From a virus (lineage: Duplodnaviria; Caudoviricetes): a stretch of DNA of 37,307 nt. The stretch is from IMG/VR virus record IMGVR_UViG_3300042808_000015, positions 1 through 37,307 of that record; one strand, 5' to 3'. Shown piece by piece: positions 1 through 7,737 of the stretch. The notes beneath the pieces are model-generated. The model was not told where the DNA came from, ran no database searches, and saw nothing but the letters and a program-made list of their open reading frames with translations. Position numbers and translations under genes: made by a program. The number at the start of each line of letters is the position of its first letter. The stretch's first letter is position 1.

Positions 1-90
1 ATTGAACCTTGTGGTAGTTTATAGTTAGGCATCCCTTTTTTAACATTTCTTTCTATTGTAATAACACCAACTTTTAAGTAATCAGCAAGT
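1..90. repeat. 90-bp direct terminal repeat, copy 1 (circular assembly overlap)
   Basis: Bases 1-90 are identical to 37218-37307. Confidence 0.97.
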
Positions 91-107
91 TCTTGCTTAG
101 TCATCAT
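1..107 (-). CDS. 5' part of a 53-aa excisionase/Cro-like HTH protein spanning the circular junction
   Basis: ATG at 107 after AAAGGAAGTG; reads MMTKQELADYLKVGVITIERNVKKGMPNYKLPQGSIRFKIEEVEEWMKENANR when joined to 37217-37163; HTH_17-like pattern. Confidence 0.85.
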   Translation of the reverse strand, partial: MMTKQELADYLKVGVITIERNVKKGMPNYKLPQGS

Positions 108-133
108 ATATATCACTTCCTTTCTATGTGAAC

Positions 134-162
134 ATTATACAACATTAATAATATAAAGTCAA
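134..162 (-). promoter_or_regulatory. Leftward sigmaA-type early promoter
   Basis: TTGACT(162-157)-N17-TATAAT(139-134), upstream of the HTH/replication operon. Confidence 0.8.
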
Positions 163-260
163 TACTTTTAACTACAATATTTAAACAAAATTTTATTTCC
201 TAGAGCGAGTAAGTGTACAAGATTTTATTAAAATAAGTTTAACAAATTTGATAAAAAAGC

Positions 261-289
261 TTGACTTATATACAGTAGTGTAGTATAAT
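261..289 (+). promoter_or_regulatory. Rightward sigmaA-type early promoter
   Basis: TTGACT(261-266)-N17-TATAAT(284-289). Confidence 0.8.
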
Positions 290-372
290 AGCATTATCAA
301 CATAAAACAAGTTGCAGAGAAGCAAATTAAAAACACTGTAAAGTTTGATTAATAGAAAGAGAGGTGAATAAA

Positions 373-540
373 ATGGGGTTAATAGAATTGTTAACATTAT
401 TAACAGTAGCAAGTATTAAAATGCTAATACCACTAATAATACTAATAATTACATTATTAATAATACAAACTATAATATATAAAACAATAAAATTTAGTTT
501 ATACAATTATATATATAAAAAAATAGAGGAGGCAAAATAA
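373..540 (+). CDS. Small membrane protein, 55 aa (not in ORF track)
   Basis: GAGGTG RBS; MGLIELLTLLTVASIKMLIPLIILIITLLIIQTII... hydrophobic; stop abuts next ATG. Confidence 0.7.
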   Translation: MGLIELLTLLTVASIKMLIPLIILIITLLIIQTIIYKTIKFSLYNYIYKKIEEAK

Positions 541-729
541 ATGTTAGAATGTCAAAAAAAAGCTAAAGCAAAATGGGCAAAAGAAAATACATATACAAAA
601 CAAATTAGATTTTACAAAAACAAACTACCAATTGAAATTATGGATAAAGCAATAGAAAATATAAGAAAAGATGGAAATACTTTTCATAATTTTATAAGTG
701 AAAAATTAAAAGAAATGGGGGAAAGATAA
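541..729 (+). CDS. Putative ribbon-helix-helix DNA-binding protein
   Basis: GAGGAGG RBS; QKKAKAKWAKEN leader then a strand-helix-helix pattern typical of small phage RHH regulators (inferred). Confidence 0.55.
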   Translation: MLECQKKAKAKWAKENTYTKQIRFYKNKLPIEIMDKAIENIRKDGNTFHNFISEKLKEMGER

Positions 730-902
730 TGACAATTGAAGAACTTAAGAAATGGATGTTAGAAGTACAAGATATTAGAGAAGTTGGAGAAGCTACAAAA
801 GAAGCTGCGAAGAAAATGTTAAGCTATATAACATTACTTGAAAATGATATTGTATATAAAAATAATATGATAGAAAAATTATTAGGAGGTACAAAATGTT
901 AG
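729..902 (+). CDS. Hypothetical protein, 57 aa (not in ORF track)
   Basis: TAATG coupling; MTIEELKKWMLEVQDIRE... Confidence 0.7.
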   Translation: MTIEELKKWMLEVQDIREVGEATKEAAKKMLSYITLLENDIVYKNNMIEKLLGGTKC

Positions 903-1159
903 AAAATTTAAAAGATTTATTAAAGTTAGATTCAGGAATAGTTGAAATAAATGATACTATTAAAATAATAAAAATAGCAGATGATGAATGTGATAGAATA
1001 GTTATAAAGTTTGAAGATGTTTTAGAAGAGCAATCAATAAAGTTAGAAACAAACGATATAGATTATATACTAGAAGTAATGTTAGATGAATATAAAACAT
1101 TCTGCAAAATGCTTGGTAGAAATCAAGTTTATAGAATTCAAAAAAGATTGGAGGATTAA
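896..1159 (+). CDS. Hypothetical protein
   Basis: AGGAGG RBS, operon position. Confidence 0.75.
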   Translation: MLENLKDLLKLDSGIVEINDTIKIIKIADDECDRIVIKFEDVLEEQSIKLETNDIDYILEVMLDEYKTFCKMLGRNQVYRIQKRLED

Positions 1160-1160
1160 T

Positions 1161-1367
1161 GTGAAAGAAATTGAAAAAACAGAAGAATTAATTGAAATGG
1201 GTAATAGTGCAATAGATAGTTTGAGAATAGCTTTAAGTGAATTAGACAATGAAACTATATTTCAAGAAGCAATAAATTATTTAAAAGACACAATAGAAGA
1301 ATTAGAAGAAGATGTTGAAGAATTACAAAAAAAATTAGATAAATTGGAGGGAAGTAATAATGGATAA
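1161..1367 (+). CDS. Acidic coiled-coil hypothetical protein (GTG start preferred over 1086)
   Basis: GGAGG before GTG at 1161; heptad-like E/L-rich sequence. Confidence 0.7.
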   Translation: MKEIEKTEELIEMGNSAIDSLRIALSELDNETIFQEAINYLKDTIEELEEDVEELQKKLDKLEGSNNG

Positions 1368-1992
1368 ATTAGAATTATATAATAAATTTAAAGAAGTACC
1401 TAAAAATGCAAGTAAACAATTTGATAATGGAAGTTTTAAAGGAACTGATATAAACTCAATGTGGAGAATAAAAATACTTACAGAGCAATTTGGACCCTGT
1501 GGTATAGGTTGGTATTATGAAATAGATAAACAATGGATTGAACAACCTGATGAAGATACTAAATTAGCATTTTGTAATATTAAATTATATATAAAATATG
1601 AAGATGATTGGAGTAAACCAATTATTGGAACAGGTGGAAATAAATTAGTTTATAAAACTAATAAAGGTTATTTAAAATCTAGTGATGAATGTTATAAAAT
1701 GTCTTTAACTGATGCAATAGGAAATGCTTGTAAATCTTTAGGAATAGGTGCAGATATTTATTGGGAAACTGATAAAACAAAATATGAAAATAATAGTGAT
1801 GATAATAATAACTATAATAATGATAGTAATAATGATAAAATTATATCTGAAAAACAACAAAAACTTTTTTTTGTTAAAGCTAAAGAAAAAATAGATTTAG
1901 CAAAAGAAATATTGAAAAAATATAATTATACAGATAGTAAACAAATAAAAGTATCTGATTTTAATAATATATTAAAAGAATTGGAGGGTTAA
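1360..1992 (+). CDS. Rad52/Sak-like single-strand annealing protein
   Basis: WRIKILTEQFGPCGIGW and DECYKMSLTDAIGNACKSLGIGADIY motifs of phage Rad52-like SSAPs. Confidence 0.75.
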   Translation: MDKLELYNKFKEVPKNASKQFDNGSFKGTDINSMWRIKILTEQFGPCGIGWYYEIDKQWIEQPDEDTKLAFCNIKLYIKYEDDWSKPIIGTGGNKLVYKTNKGYLKSSDECYKMSLTDAIGNACKSLGIGADIYWETDKTKYENNSDDNNNYNNDSNNDKIISEKQQKLFFVKAKEKIDLAKEILKKYNYTDSKQIKVSDFNNILKELEG

Positions 1993-1993
1993 T

Positions 1994-2479
1994 ATGAATA
2001 GTTTATATAATATATCAGAACGTTTTGTTGAGTTATTCAATAGAGATGATTTAACAGAAGAAGAATTCACAGAGCAAGGTAATGAACTTGCTCTCATACT
2101 AAAAAATAAAGCTGAAAGCATCGTTGGATTTAATTTTACATTAGAACATAATAAAAGTATATTAAAAAGTGAAATAGAACGTTTAAAAGCTATAGAAAAA
2201 GCTATATATATCAAACAAGAAAAGTTAAACAAGTATATTAAAGAAAATATGGAAAAACTAGGACTTGATAAAATAGAAACACCACTTGGAAATTTAACTA
2301 TAAAGAAAAATCCAGCAAGTGTAAATATAATAGATGAAACTTTAATTTCAAAAGAATATTTAAAAGATAAAATAACAACGAGTATAGATAAAACAGCAAT
2401 AAAAAAAGATATTGAAAAAGATATAAAAGTTTTAGGTGCTGAATTAATTAAAACAAATACTAGATTAGAGATAAAATAG
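1994..2479 (+). CDS. Siphovirus Gp157-like protein
   Basis: SLYNI start, coiled coil, IKKNPASVNI..IDKTAIKKDI..GAEL pattern; adjacent to the SSAP. Confidence 0.8.
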   Translation: MNSLYNISERFVELFNRDDLTEEEFTEQGNELALILKNKAESIVGFNFTLEHNKSILKSEIERLKAIEKAIYIKQEKLNKYIKENMEKLGLDKIETPLGNLTIKKNPASVNIIDETLISKEYLKDKITTSIDKTAIKKDIEKDIKVLGAELIKTNTRLEIK

Positions 2480-2509
2480 GGTAGAGCAAAGCTCCCCTTT
2501 GGAGGAAAC

Positions 2510-3058
2510 ATGGAAATTAAAAAAGCATATCAAGAAATATTAAAAGTATGTAATAAATATAATATAGAAGAATTAGCAAAAATACAATATGAAATGGAAA
2601 ATAAAATGTATTTTATAGAACTTGAAGAAAAATATGGATTAAAAATATCTAATTATATTTCAAATAATAGTTCTAAAAACTTCGTAAGAATAAATGAATA
2701 TCTTACAATAGCAATTTGGGGTGAAGAACATAATAGAACAATATGTAATATAGATACACAGCCAATAGATGAAATATTATTACAAATTTCATTTCCAACA
2801 GGAGCATACATTTTTGGAGATGATTATCCAAAAGAAATATTTAAAGACTTTTTTGAAGAATTAAAATCTTATAATTATAAATATATTGATAAAATTAATG
2901 ATAATTTGTATTTTACTTTAGAAAATTCAAAAGACATTTTTAACAATTTTAATGAAATATTTAAAAAATATCTAGAAATGTATAGAAATAATTATAAACA
3001 AAGACAAATAGAAAAATTAGAAAAAGAATTAGAAAGTTTAAAAGAAGAAAATAAATAG
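2510..3058 (+). CDS. Hypothetical phage protein
   Basis: GGAGG RBS; 182-aa ORF. Confidence 0.8.
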   Translation: MEIKKAYQEILKVCNKYNIEELAKIQYEMENKMYFIELEEKYGLKISNYISNNSSKNFVRINEYLTIAIWGEEHNRTICNIDTQPIDEILLQISFPTGAYIFGDDYPKEIFKDFFEELKSYNYKYIDKINDNLYFTLENSKDIFNNFNEIFKKYLEMYRNNYKQRQIEKLEKELESLKEENK

Positions 3059-3072
3059 CACAGATTAAAACA

Positions 3073-3140
3073 AAACAAGTTAAATAAGGCACTTATATAA
3101 TAAAATAGTATAATCACTTTAAGTGTCTTGTTTATTGTTT
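3073..3140 (+). other. Long intergenic stem-loop
   Basis: 3081-3095 pairs with 3120-3134 (15 bp, two G.U), extended by 3073-3078/3135-3140; 24-nt loop. Confidence 0.7.
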
Positions 3141-3154
3141 AAAAGGGGGATATC

Positions 3155-3367
3155 GTGAACCAAGAATTAAAAGTATTAGAATATATAAATAAATTTGGAA
3201 GTATAACAAGTTATCAATCTTTTTTAGATTTAGGTATAACAAGATTATCTGATAGGATATTTACTTTAAAGAAAAAAGGTTATGAATTTACAACAGAATG
3301 GGTTTATGTAACTAACAGATATGATGAGAAAATAAAATATAAAAAATATATGTTAAAAGTATTGTAA
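3155..3367 (+). CDS. Winged HTH protein (HTH_39-like)
   Basis: GSITSYQSFLDLGITRLSDRIFTLKKKGY motif. Confidence 0.8.
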   Translation: MNQELKVLEYINKFGSITSYQSFLDLGITRLSDRIFTLKKKGYEFTTEWVYVTNRYDEKIKYKKYMLKVL

Positions 3368-3390
3368 TATGTTTTTGTTTATGATATAGT
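3362..3390 (+). promoter_or_regulatory. Internal sigmaA-type promoter with extended -10
   Basis: TTGTAA-N17-TATAGT preceded by TGn. Confidence 0.55.
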
Positions 3391-3418
3391 TAATATGAAA
3401 TTAACGAAAGGAGTATTT

Positions 3419-3613
3419 ATGTATAAATTAAAAGAAAGATTAATTTTACCAAACTCAACTGACACAGCTTTTGCTAAAAAAGTAGGAATAACAAAACAGT
3501 TTTTTTGCGAAATACAAAAAGGGAGAGTTTGTAGTAAGATGACAGCTTATGCTATAACTAAAATGTATGATTCAAATATGGAAATATCAGATTTATTTAA
3601 AATAGAGCAGTAA
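3419..3613 (+). CDS. Cro/XRE-like HTH regulator (start 3419 preferred over 3395)
   Basis: AAAGGAG RBS before ATG 3419; DTAFAKKVGITKQFFCEIQKGR HTH pattern. Confidence 0.7.
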   Translation: MYKLKERLILPNSTDTAFAKKVGITKQFFCEIQKGRVCSKMTAYAITKMYDSNMEISDLFKIEQ

Positions 3614-3634
3614 GCTCGGAAAGAAGGAATTAAA

Positions 3635-3931
3635 ATGAAAAAATATAATAATGAATATGTAATAATAAGAAGTGATAGAGCAGGAATATTTGCTGGAAAT
3701 ATTGAAAGTAGAAATGGACAAGAAGTTATATTAAAAAATGCAAGAAGATTGTGGTATTGGGATGGAGCTTGTAGTATATCTCAATTAGCAGTTGATGGAA
3801 CTTTAAGACCTAAAGATTGCAAGTTTACAGTTACAGTTGAAGAAATTGAAATTTTTGGAGTTATAGAAATAATACCTTGCACAGAAAAAGCTGAACAATC
3901 AATAAAAAAAGTTATTAATTGGGAAAAATAA
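3635..3931 (+). CDS. Conserved phage protein (DUF6948-like)
   Basis: YVIIRSDRAGIFAG..LKNARRLWYWDGACSISQLAVDG motif, recalled family match. Confidence 0.7.
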   Translation: MKKYNNEYVIIRSDRAGIFAGNIESRNGQEVILKNARRLWYWDGACSISQLAVDGTLRPKDCKFTVTVEEIEIFGVIEIIPCTEKAEQSIKKVINWEK

Positions 3932-3934
3932 GGA

Positions 3935-4669
3935 GTGATTAAAATGACTAAAATAGAAGAATTTTTAAAAATAGAAACTAGCGATGGCTCTGGCTCTGGC
4001 TCTGGCTATGGCTCTGGCTATGGCGATGGCTCTGGCTCTGGCGATGGCTCTGGCTCTGGCGATGGCTCTGGCGATGGCTCTGGCTCTGGCTCTGGCTATG
4101 GCTCTAGCTCTGGCTCTGGCTATGGCTATGGCTCTGGCTATGGCGATGGCTCTGGCTCTGGCGATGGCTCTAGCTATGGATATGGCTCTGGCGATGGCTC
4201 TGGCGATGGCTTAAAATCTATAAATGAGAAATTAATATATATAATAGATTATGTGCCTACTATAATAACAAAAATAAAAAATAACGTAGCAAAAGGGTTT
4301 ATATTAAATAATGATTTAACTTTAGAAAGTTGTTATATTTCAAAAGGACAAAATTCATTTTCTCATGGAAAAACTTTAAGAGAATCAGTAGAAAGTTTAA
4401 GAAATAAAATATTTGCTAATATGAACGTAGAAGAAAAAATAAAAGAATTTACAGAAATATTTAAAAAAGATGAAGAATATATTGGAGAATTATTTTACGA
4501 TTGGCATCACTTATTAACAGGTAGTTGTAAAATGGGTAGAGAAAGTTTTGTTAAAAATAAAGATATAGATTTAAAAGAAAAATTTACAGTAAAAGAATTT
4601 ATAAAAATGTGTGAAAATGATTATGGTAGTGATATAATAAAACAATTAAAAGAATATTACGAGGTATAA
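3935..4669 (+). CDS. Protein with a Gly-Ser/Tyr/Asp repeat and a conserved-looking C-terminal domain
   Basis: (G-x)n tract followed by WHHLLTGSCKMGRESF domain; start could be ATG 3944. Confidence 0.8.
   Translation: MIKMTKIEEFLKIETSDGSGSGSGYGSGYGDGSGSGDGSGSGDGSGDGSGSGSGYGSSSGSGYGYGSGYGDGSGSGDGSSYGYGSGDGSGDGLKSINEKLIYIIDYVPTIITKIKNNVAKGFILNNDLTLESCYISKGQNSFSHGKTLRESVESLRNKIFANMNVEEKIKEFTEIFKKDEEYIGELFYDWHHLLTGSCKMGRESFVKNKDIDLKEKFTVKEFIKMCENDYGSDIIKQLKEYYEV
3980..4210 (+). repeat. Hexanucleotide tandem repeat GGCTCT/GGCTAT/GGCGAT, 38 units
   Basis: Read directly; a 48-bp block occurs at both 4004-4051 and 4124-4171. Confidence 0.95.
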
Positions 4670-4670
4670 T

Positions 4671-5189
4671 ATGAAAGGTAAACTTGAAAATATAACTCTA
4701 GATTACAAAGATAGTAAACCAGTTATAACATTTAAATTAGAAAATAAAAGTGATTTAAGATTAATTGAAGAGTTTAAAGATGTTGATTTAGACATTAAAA
4801 TAAAAAAATATAGTAAAAAACGTTCGATTAATTCTAACTCGTACCTTTGGACTTTATGTCAAAAACTAGCAGATAAATTAAATATAACTGATTTAGAAGT
4901 ATATAAAGAACATATAAAAGAATTAAATATATATAAACAATTTACATTAGCAGAAGAAGAAGCTAAAACATTTAAAACTGCTTGGGGAATGTTAGGAATT
5001 GGTTGGATTTGCGAACAGATAGATATTATAGAAGATAATAAAGTTATTTTAAAAGCGTATTATGGAAGTTCAACTTATTCAAGAAGTCAAATGTCAAAGT
5101 TAATAAACAATGTAGTTGAAGATTGTAAGTTACAAAATATTGAAACGTTAACTACAGCAGAACTTGAAAAAATGAATTCGAGGTGGTAA
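4671..5189 (+). CDS. NinB/Orf-like recombination protein
   Basis: KKRSINSNSYLW..GSSTYSRSQMSKLINNVV..IETLT motifs. Confidence 0.75.
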   Translation: MKGKLENITLDYKDSKPVITFKLENKSDLRLIEEFKDVDLDIKIKKYSKKRSINSNSYLWTLCQKLADKLNITDLEVYKEHIKELNIYKQFTLAEEEAKTFKTAWGMLGIGWICEQIDIIEDNKVILKAYYGSSTYSRSQMSKLINNVVEDCKLQNIETLTTAELEKMNSRW

Positions 5190-5190
5190 T

Positions 5191-5466
5191 ATAAAAAGTA
5201 TAATACAAGATGAAAAAAAATGTTATATATCGGAATCAGAGTATAACTTAGAAGAACATCATATATTCTTCGGTAAAAATAGAAAAATGAGTGAAAAATA
5301 TGGGCTAAAAATTTGGTTAACAAATAAATATCACATAACTTCAAATGTAGCAGTGCATAATAATATAGTTTTAGATAATGAATTAAAGCAAATGGCACAA
5401 AGAAAATTTGAAGAAAGTCATACAAGAAAAGAATTTATGAAAATATTTGGTAAAAATTATTTATAG
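5191..5466 (+). CDS. Ref-like (His-Me finger) nuclease with apparent ATA start (not in ORF track)
   Basis: IKSIIQDEKKCYI..EEHHIFFGKNRKMSEKYGLKIWL..H..VH..EFMKIFGKNYL; GAGGTGG RBS. Confidence 0.75.
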   Translation: MKSIIQDEKKCYISESEYNLEEHHIFFGKNRKMSEKYGLKIWLTNKYHITSNVAVHNNIVLDNELKQMAQRKFEESHTRKEFMKIFGKNYL

Positions 5467-5476
5467 GAGGTATAAA

Positions 5477-5584
5477 ATGAGTGAAAAACAATGGGATAAA
5501 TTATTTATAAGTTTAATATTAGTTATATTCGTTTTAGTAACAATAGCAATTAGCTTAACAATATTAAATATAAACGTAGTATAA
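5477..5584 (+). CDS. 35-aa membrane peptide
   Basis: AGGAGG RBS; single hydrophobic stretch. Confidence 0.65.
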   Translation: MSEKQWDKLFISLILVIFVLVTIAISLTILNINVV

Positions 5585-5612
5585 TATATATATTATTTGA
5601 AAGAGGTGTAAT

Positions 5613-6023
5613 ATGAAATTTGTTTTATTAGGTAAAATTTATGGTAAAGATAGAACTAGATTTGCAAGAAGAGGTGCTTTTGTTAGCACCTACAATACAC
5701 AACAAACTAAAGATTATGAACAATTAATCCAATTAGCTTGTTTAAGAGATTGCAAAGATGTTTTAAATAAAGAATATTCAGGTGCAATAAAAATGGTTAT
5801 ATGGGCTTATTTTGAACCAGCAAAGAGTATTTCAAAGAAGAAATATAAAGAGTTAATTGGTAAACCACATTTAATCAAAAAAGATGCGGATAATATAGCT
5901 AAATGTGTTGCAGACGCCTTGAACAAAATAGCATATAAAGATGACAGCCAGATTTGCGAGTTAATAGTACATAAACAATATGCAGAAGTTGAAAGATTAG
6001 AAGTTGAAATTTTGGAGGTTTAA
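5613..6023 (+). CDS. rusA: RusA-family Holliday junction resolvase
   Basis: KKDADNIAKCVADALNKIAYKDDSQI catalytic motif. Confidence 0.9.
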   Translation: MKFVLLGKIYGKDRTRFARRGAFVSTYNTQQTKDYEQLIQLACLRDCKDVLNKEYSGAIKMVIWAYFEPAKSISKKKYKELIGKPHLIKKDADNIAKCVADALNKIAYKDDSQICELIVHKQYAEVERLEVEILEV

Positions 6024-6026
6024 CAA

Positions 6027-6140
6027 ATGAAAATAATAGATATAATATTATATAGTATAATAACAATAACTTTAATAGTTTTAACAGTTGGATATATTGA
6101 ACTTTTATTTTGGTTAACTTTTTGTTTTATAGGGGGTTAA
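6027..6140 (+). CDS. 37-aa membrane peptide
   Basis: GGAGG RBS; hydrophobic. Confidence 0.6.
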   Translation: MKIIDIILYSIITITLIVLTVGYIELLFWLTFCFIGG

Positions 6141-6150
6141 GGAGGTTAAT

Positions 6151-6306
6151 ATGATAAAAAAATTAAATAAAGAAGAATATATAAAAGAACATAGAAATAA
6201 AATGATAAATATGACTAAAAAATTGGATCAACAGTATAAGATTTATAACAAATTAAAAAGAAATTGTGATAAAAGATTATGGTTTAGAATTTTACAGGAG
6301 GTTTAA
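6151..6306 (+). CDS. 51-aa basic hypothetical protein
   Basis: AAGGAGG RBS, ATG 6151, TAA 6304-6306. Confidence 0.65.
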   Translation: MIKKLNKEEYIKEHRNKMINMTKKLDQQYKIYNKLKRNCDKRLWFRILQEV

Positions 6307-6307
6307 C

Positions 6308-6532
6308 ATGAAGAAATTACATTTAGACAATTACAGAAATATAAAATATAATAACTTTAAAAAATTAGATAATTTTAAATTAGATAATAAGATTTATATA
6401 CAAGGTCATACTTGGACTATATATGCAATAAATGATGGATTAAAGAAGTTATACCATTGTATAAATGAAAAAGGTTTTAAAGGCAGTTTTGATGCTTTAC
6501 AACTAAGACAAGGTCGTAGAGTTTATGAATAG
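6308..6532 (+). CDS. Hypothetical protein (ATG 6308 preferred over 6266)
   Basis: AGGAGG RBS before 6308. Confidence 0.7.
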   Translation: MKKLHLDNYRNIKYNNFKKLDNFKLDNKIYIQGHTWTIYAINDGLKKLYHCINEKGFKGSFDALQLRQGRRVYE

Positions 6533-6698
6533 AGAAGAATTACTTAAAGAAATAAATAATATGACTAATTATGAACTTGCTAGTTTGCTTGAAAATGGAA
6601 GAAATACTTGTGAATATTGTAATAACAAATATAGAGATAAGATTTGTTTAGAAACTGATTCATGCACTTTAGAAATAGAAAAACATTTGAATAACTAA
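6525..6698 (+). CDS. 57-aa Cys-containing hypothetical protein
   Basis: Overlaps the previous stop; CEYC..C..C. Confidence 0.65.
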   Translation: MNREELLKEINNMTNYELASLLENGRNTCEYCNNKYRDKICLETDSCTLEIEKHLNN

Positions 6699-6708
6699 GG
6701 AGGAAATT

Positions 6709-7093
6709 ATGGAAGAACTTTTAAAAAATTATAGTGAAAACAAAAGGATAGTTAAAAGTAATAACAGTACAATAAAAAAGCTTAACGAATTAGTAGGGGA
6801 AGCTTCAACATCTTGTTTTTCAGGAATGCCTATTCCAAAACGGATTTGTAAATTGCACATTAGAAAATAAGGTTATAAAAAAAGTAGATAGTATGAATAG
6901 ACTAGAAGCTGAAAACAGATTGTTAAATGAGTATATTTGGACTGTAGACAACTATTTAAAAGGGTTAAATGAATATTCAAAGAATATATTAGTACAACAT
7001 TATTTATTACAGTACACGTTTAAAAAAATAGCGGATAATTTTGATAAAAAAGAAAGTGCTATAAAAAGAGAAATAAGAAAGTTGGTGATATAA
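6709..7093 (+). CDS. RinA/ArpU-like late transcription regulator interrupted by a +1 frameshift near 6841
   Basis: AAGGAGG RBS at 6709; frame 0 ends 6870; skipping C6841 gives GMPIPKGFVNCTLENKV..LKGLNEYSKNIL..YTFKKIADNF (sigma region-4-like HTH), 127 aa. Confidence 0.7.
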
Positions 7094-7368
7094 TGAAAAT
7101 AAAATATGAATTTGAAGAATTTGAATATAATGAATATAAAGAATTAAAAGACCAAAAAGATGAGTTAATACAGTATTTGTTTAATAATTATAAAGGTCCT
7201 ATAGAAATAAGAGCTATGAATAATATTGAAAATATTGAATATATTTGTCCATCTAGAAAACCTAAAAAAATATCAATTATAAATTTAGATGAAATTGATA
7301 ATACTAGTTATGATATTAAAGATATTTTACGAATTTTAAAAATTAATAGAATTGCTAATAGAAATTAG
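7093..7368 (+). CDS. Hypothetical protein
   Basis: TAATG coupling; last gene of the rightward operon. Confidence 0.7.
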   Translation: MKIKYEFEEFEYNEYKELKDQKDELIQYLFNNYKGPIEIRAMNNIENIEYICPSRKPKKISIINLDEIDNTSYDIKDILRILKINRIANRN

Positions 7369-7370
7369 TT

Positions 7371-7412
7371 AAAAAAGAGAGGGTAATCAATTAAGATTAT
7401 CCTCTTTGTATT
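7371..7412. terminator. Probable bidirectional intrinsic terminator between convergent operons
   Basis: 11-bp stem 7378-7388/7395-7405, A-tract on the left and T-rich on the right. Confidence 0.65.
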
Positions 7413-7698
7413 TAATTAACCTTTTTGTAAATTCTGTATACTCAATACTACCATATTCAAATAAATGTATTTCAGAATGACAGCAAGAGCAAGTTAATGA
7501 ACCATTTTCATAATAATCAGAGCCACCTTTTGAACAAGGAATTATGTGGTGGTGGGTGATAGCTTTGCCAACATCACGACCACAAATGAAACAAACATGT
7601 CCATAGTTTTCAATTAGTTCTAGTTTGGTTTTCCGACATTCATTTCGATTCCGATTACTTTTCTTTTGTTCTTTTACTGCATTTTTCTTACGTTTCAT
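7387..7698 (-). CDS. Small HNH endonuclease
   Basis: CFICG..HHIIPCSKGG..N..CSCCH zinc/HNH motif; AAGGAG RBS. Confidence 0.88.
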   Translation of the reverse strand: MKRKKNAVKEQKKSNRNRNECRKTKLELIENYGHVCFICGRDVGKAITHHHIIPCSKGGSDYYENGSLTCSCCHSEIHLFEYGSIEYTEFTKRLIKYKEDNLN

Positions 7699-7737
7699 TT
7701 TGCCACTCCTTTAATTAAAATTAGTGTGTTTTTTTAT

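Noticed and set aside
195-222. ATTTCCTAGAG resembles the left arm of the Bacillus subtilis dif site
   Set aside because: The normally better-conserved XerD arm (TTATGTAAACT) and the 6-bp spacing do not match; likely chance in AT-rich DNA.
1785-1840. AAT/GAT-rich tract in the SSAP gene
   Set aside because: Ordinary Asn/Asp low-complexity linker.
1972-2511. 179-aa minus-strand ORF, and similar antisense ORFs at 5087, 7904, 8131, 10995, 13041, 16349, 26439, 27091, 28040, 29671, 31169, 33029, 35714 and 35908
   Set aside because: Shadows of well-supported genes on the opposite strand, with F/S/I/L-biased composition and no recognisable motifs.
3980-4210. Repeat considered as a CRISPR array or DGR template
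   Set aside because: No spacers, cas genes or reverse transcriptase; it is an in-frame microsatellite.
3984-4214. MALALALA 76-aa ORF
   Set aside because: Alternative frame of the hexamer repeat, stop-free by construction and without an RBS.
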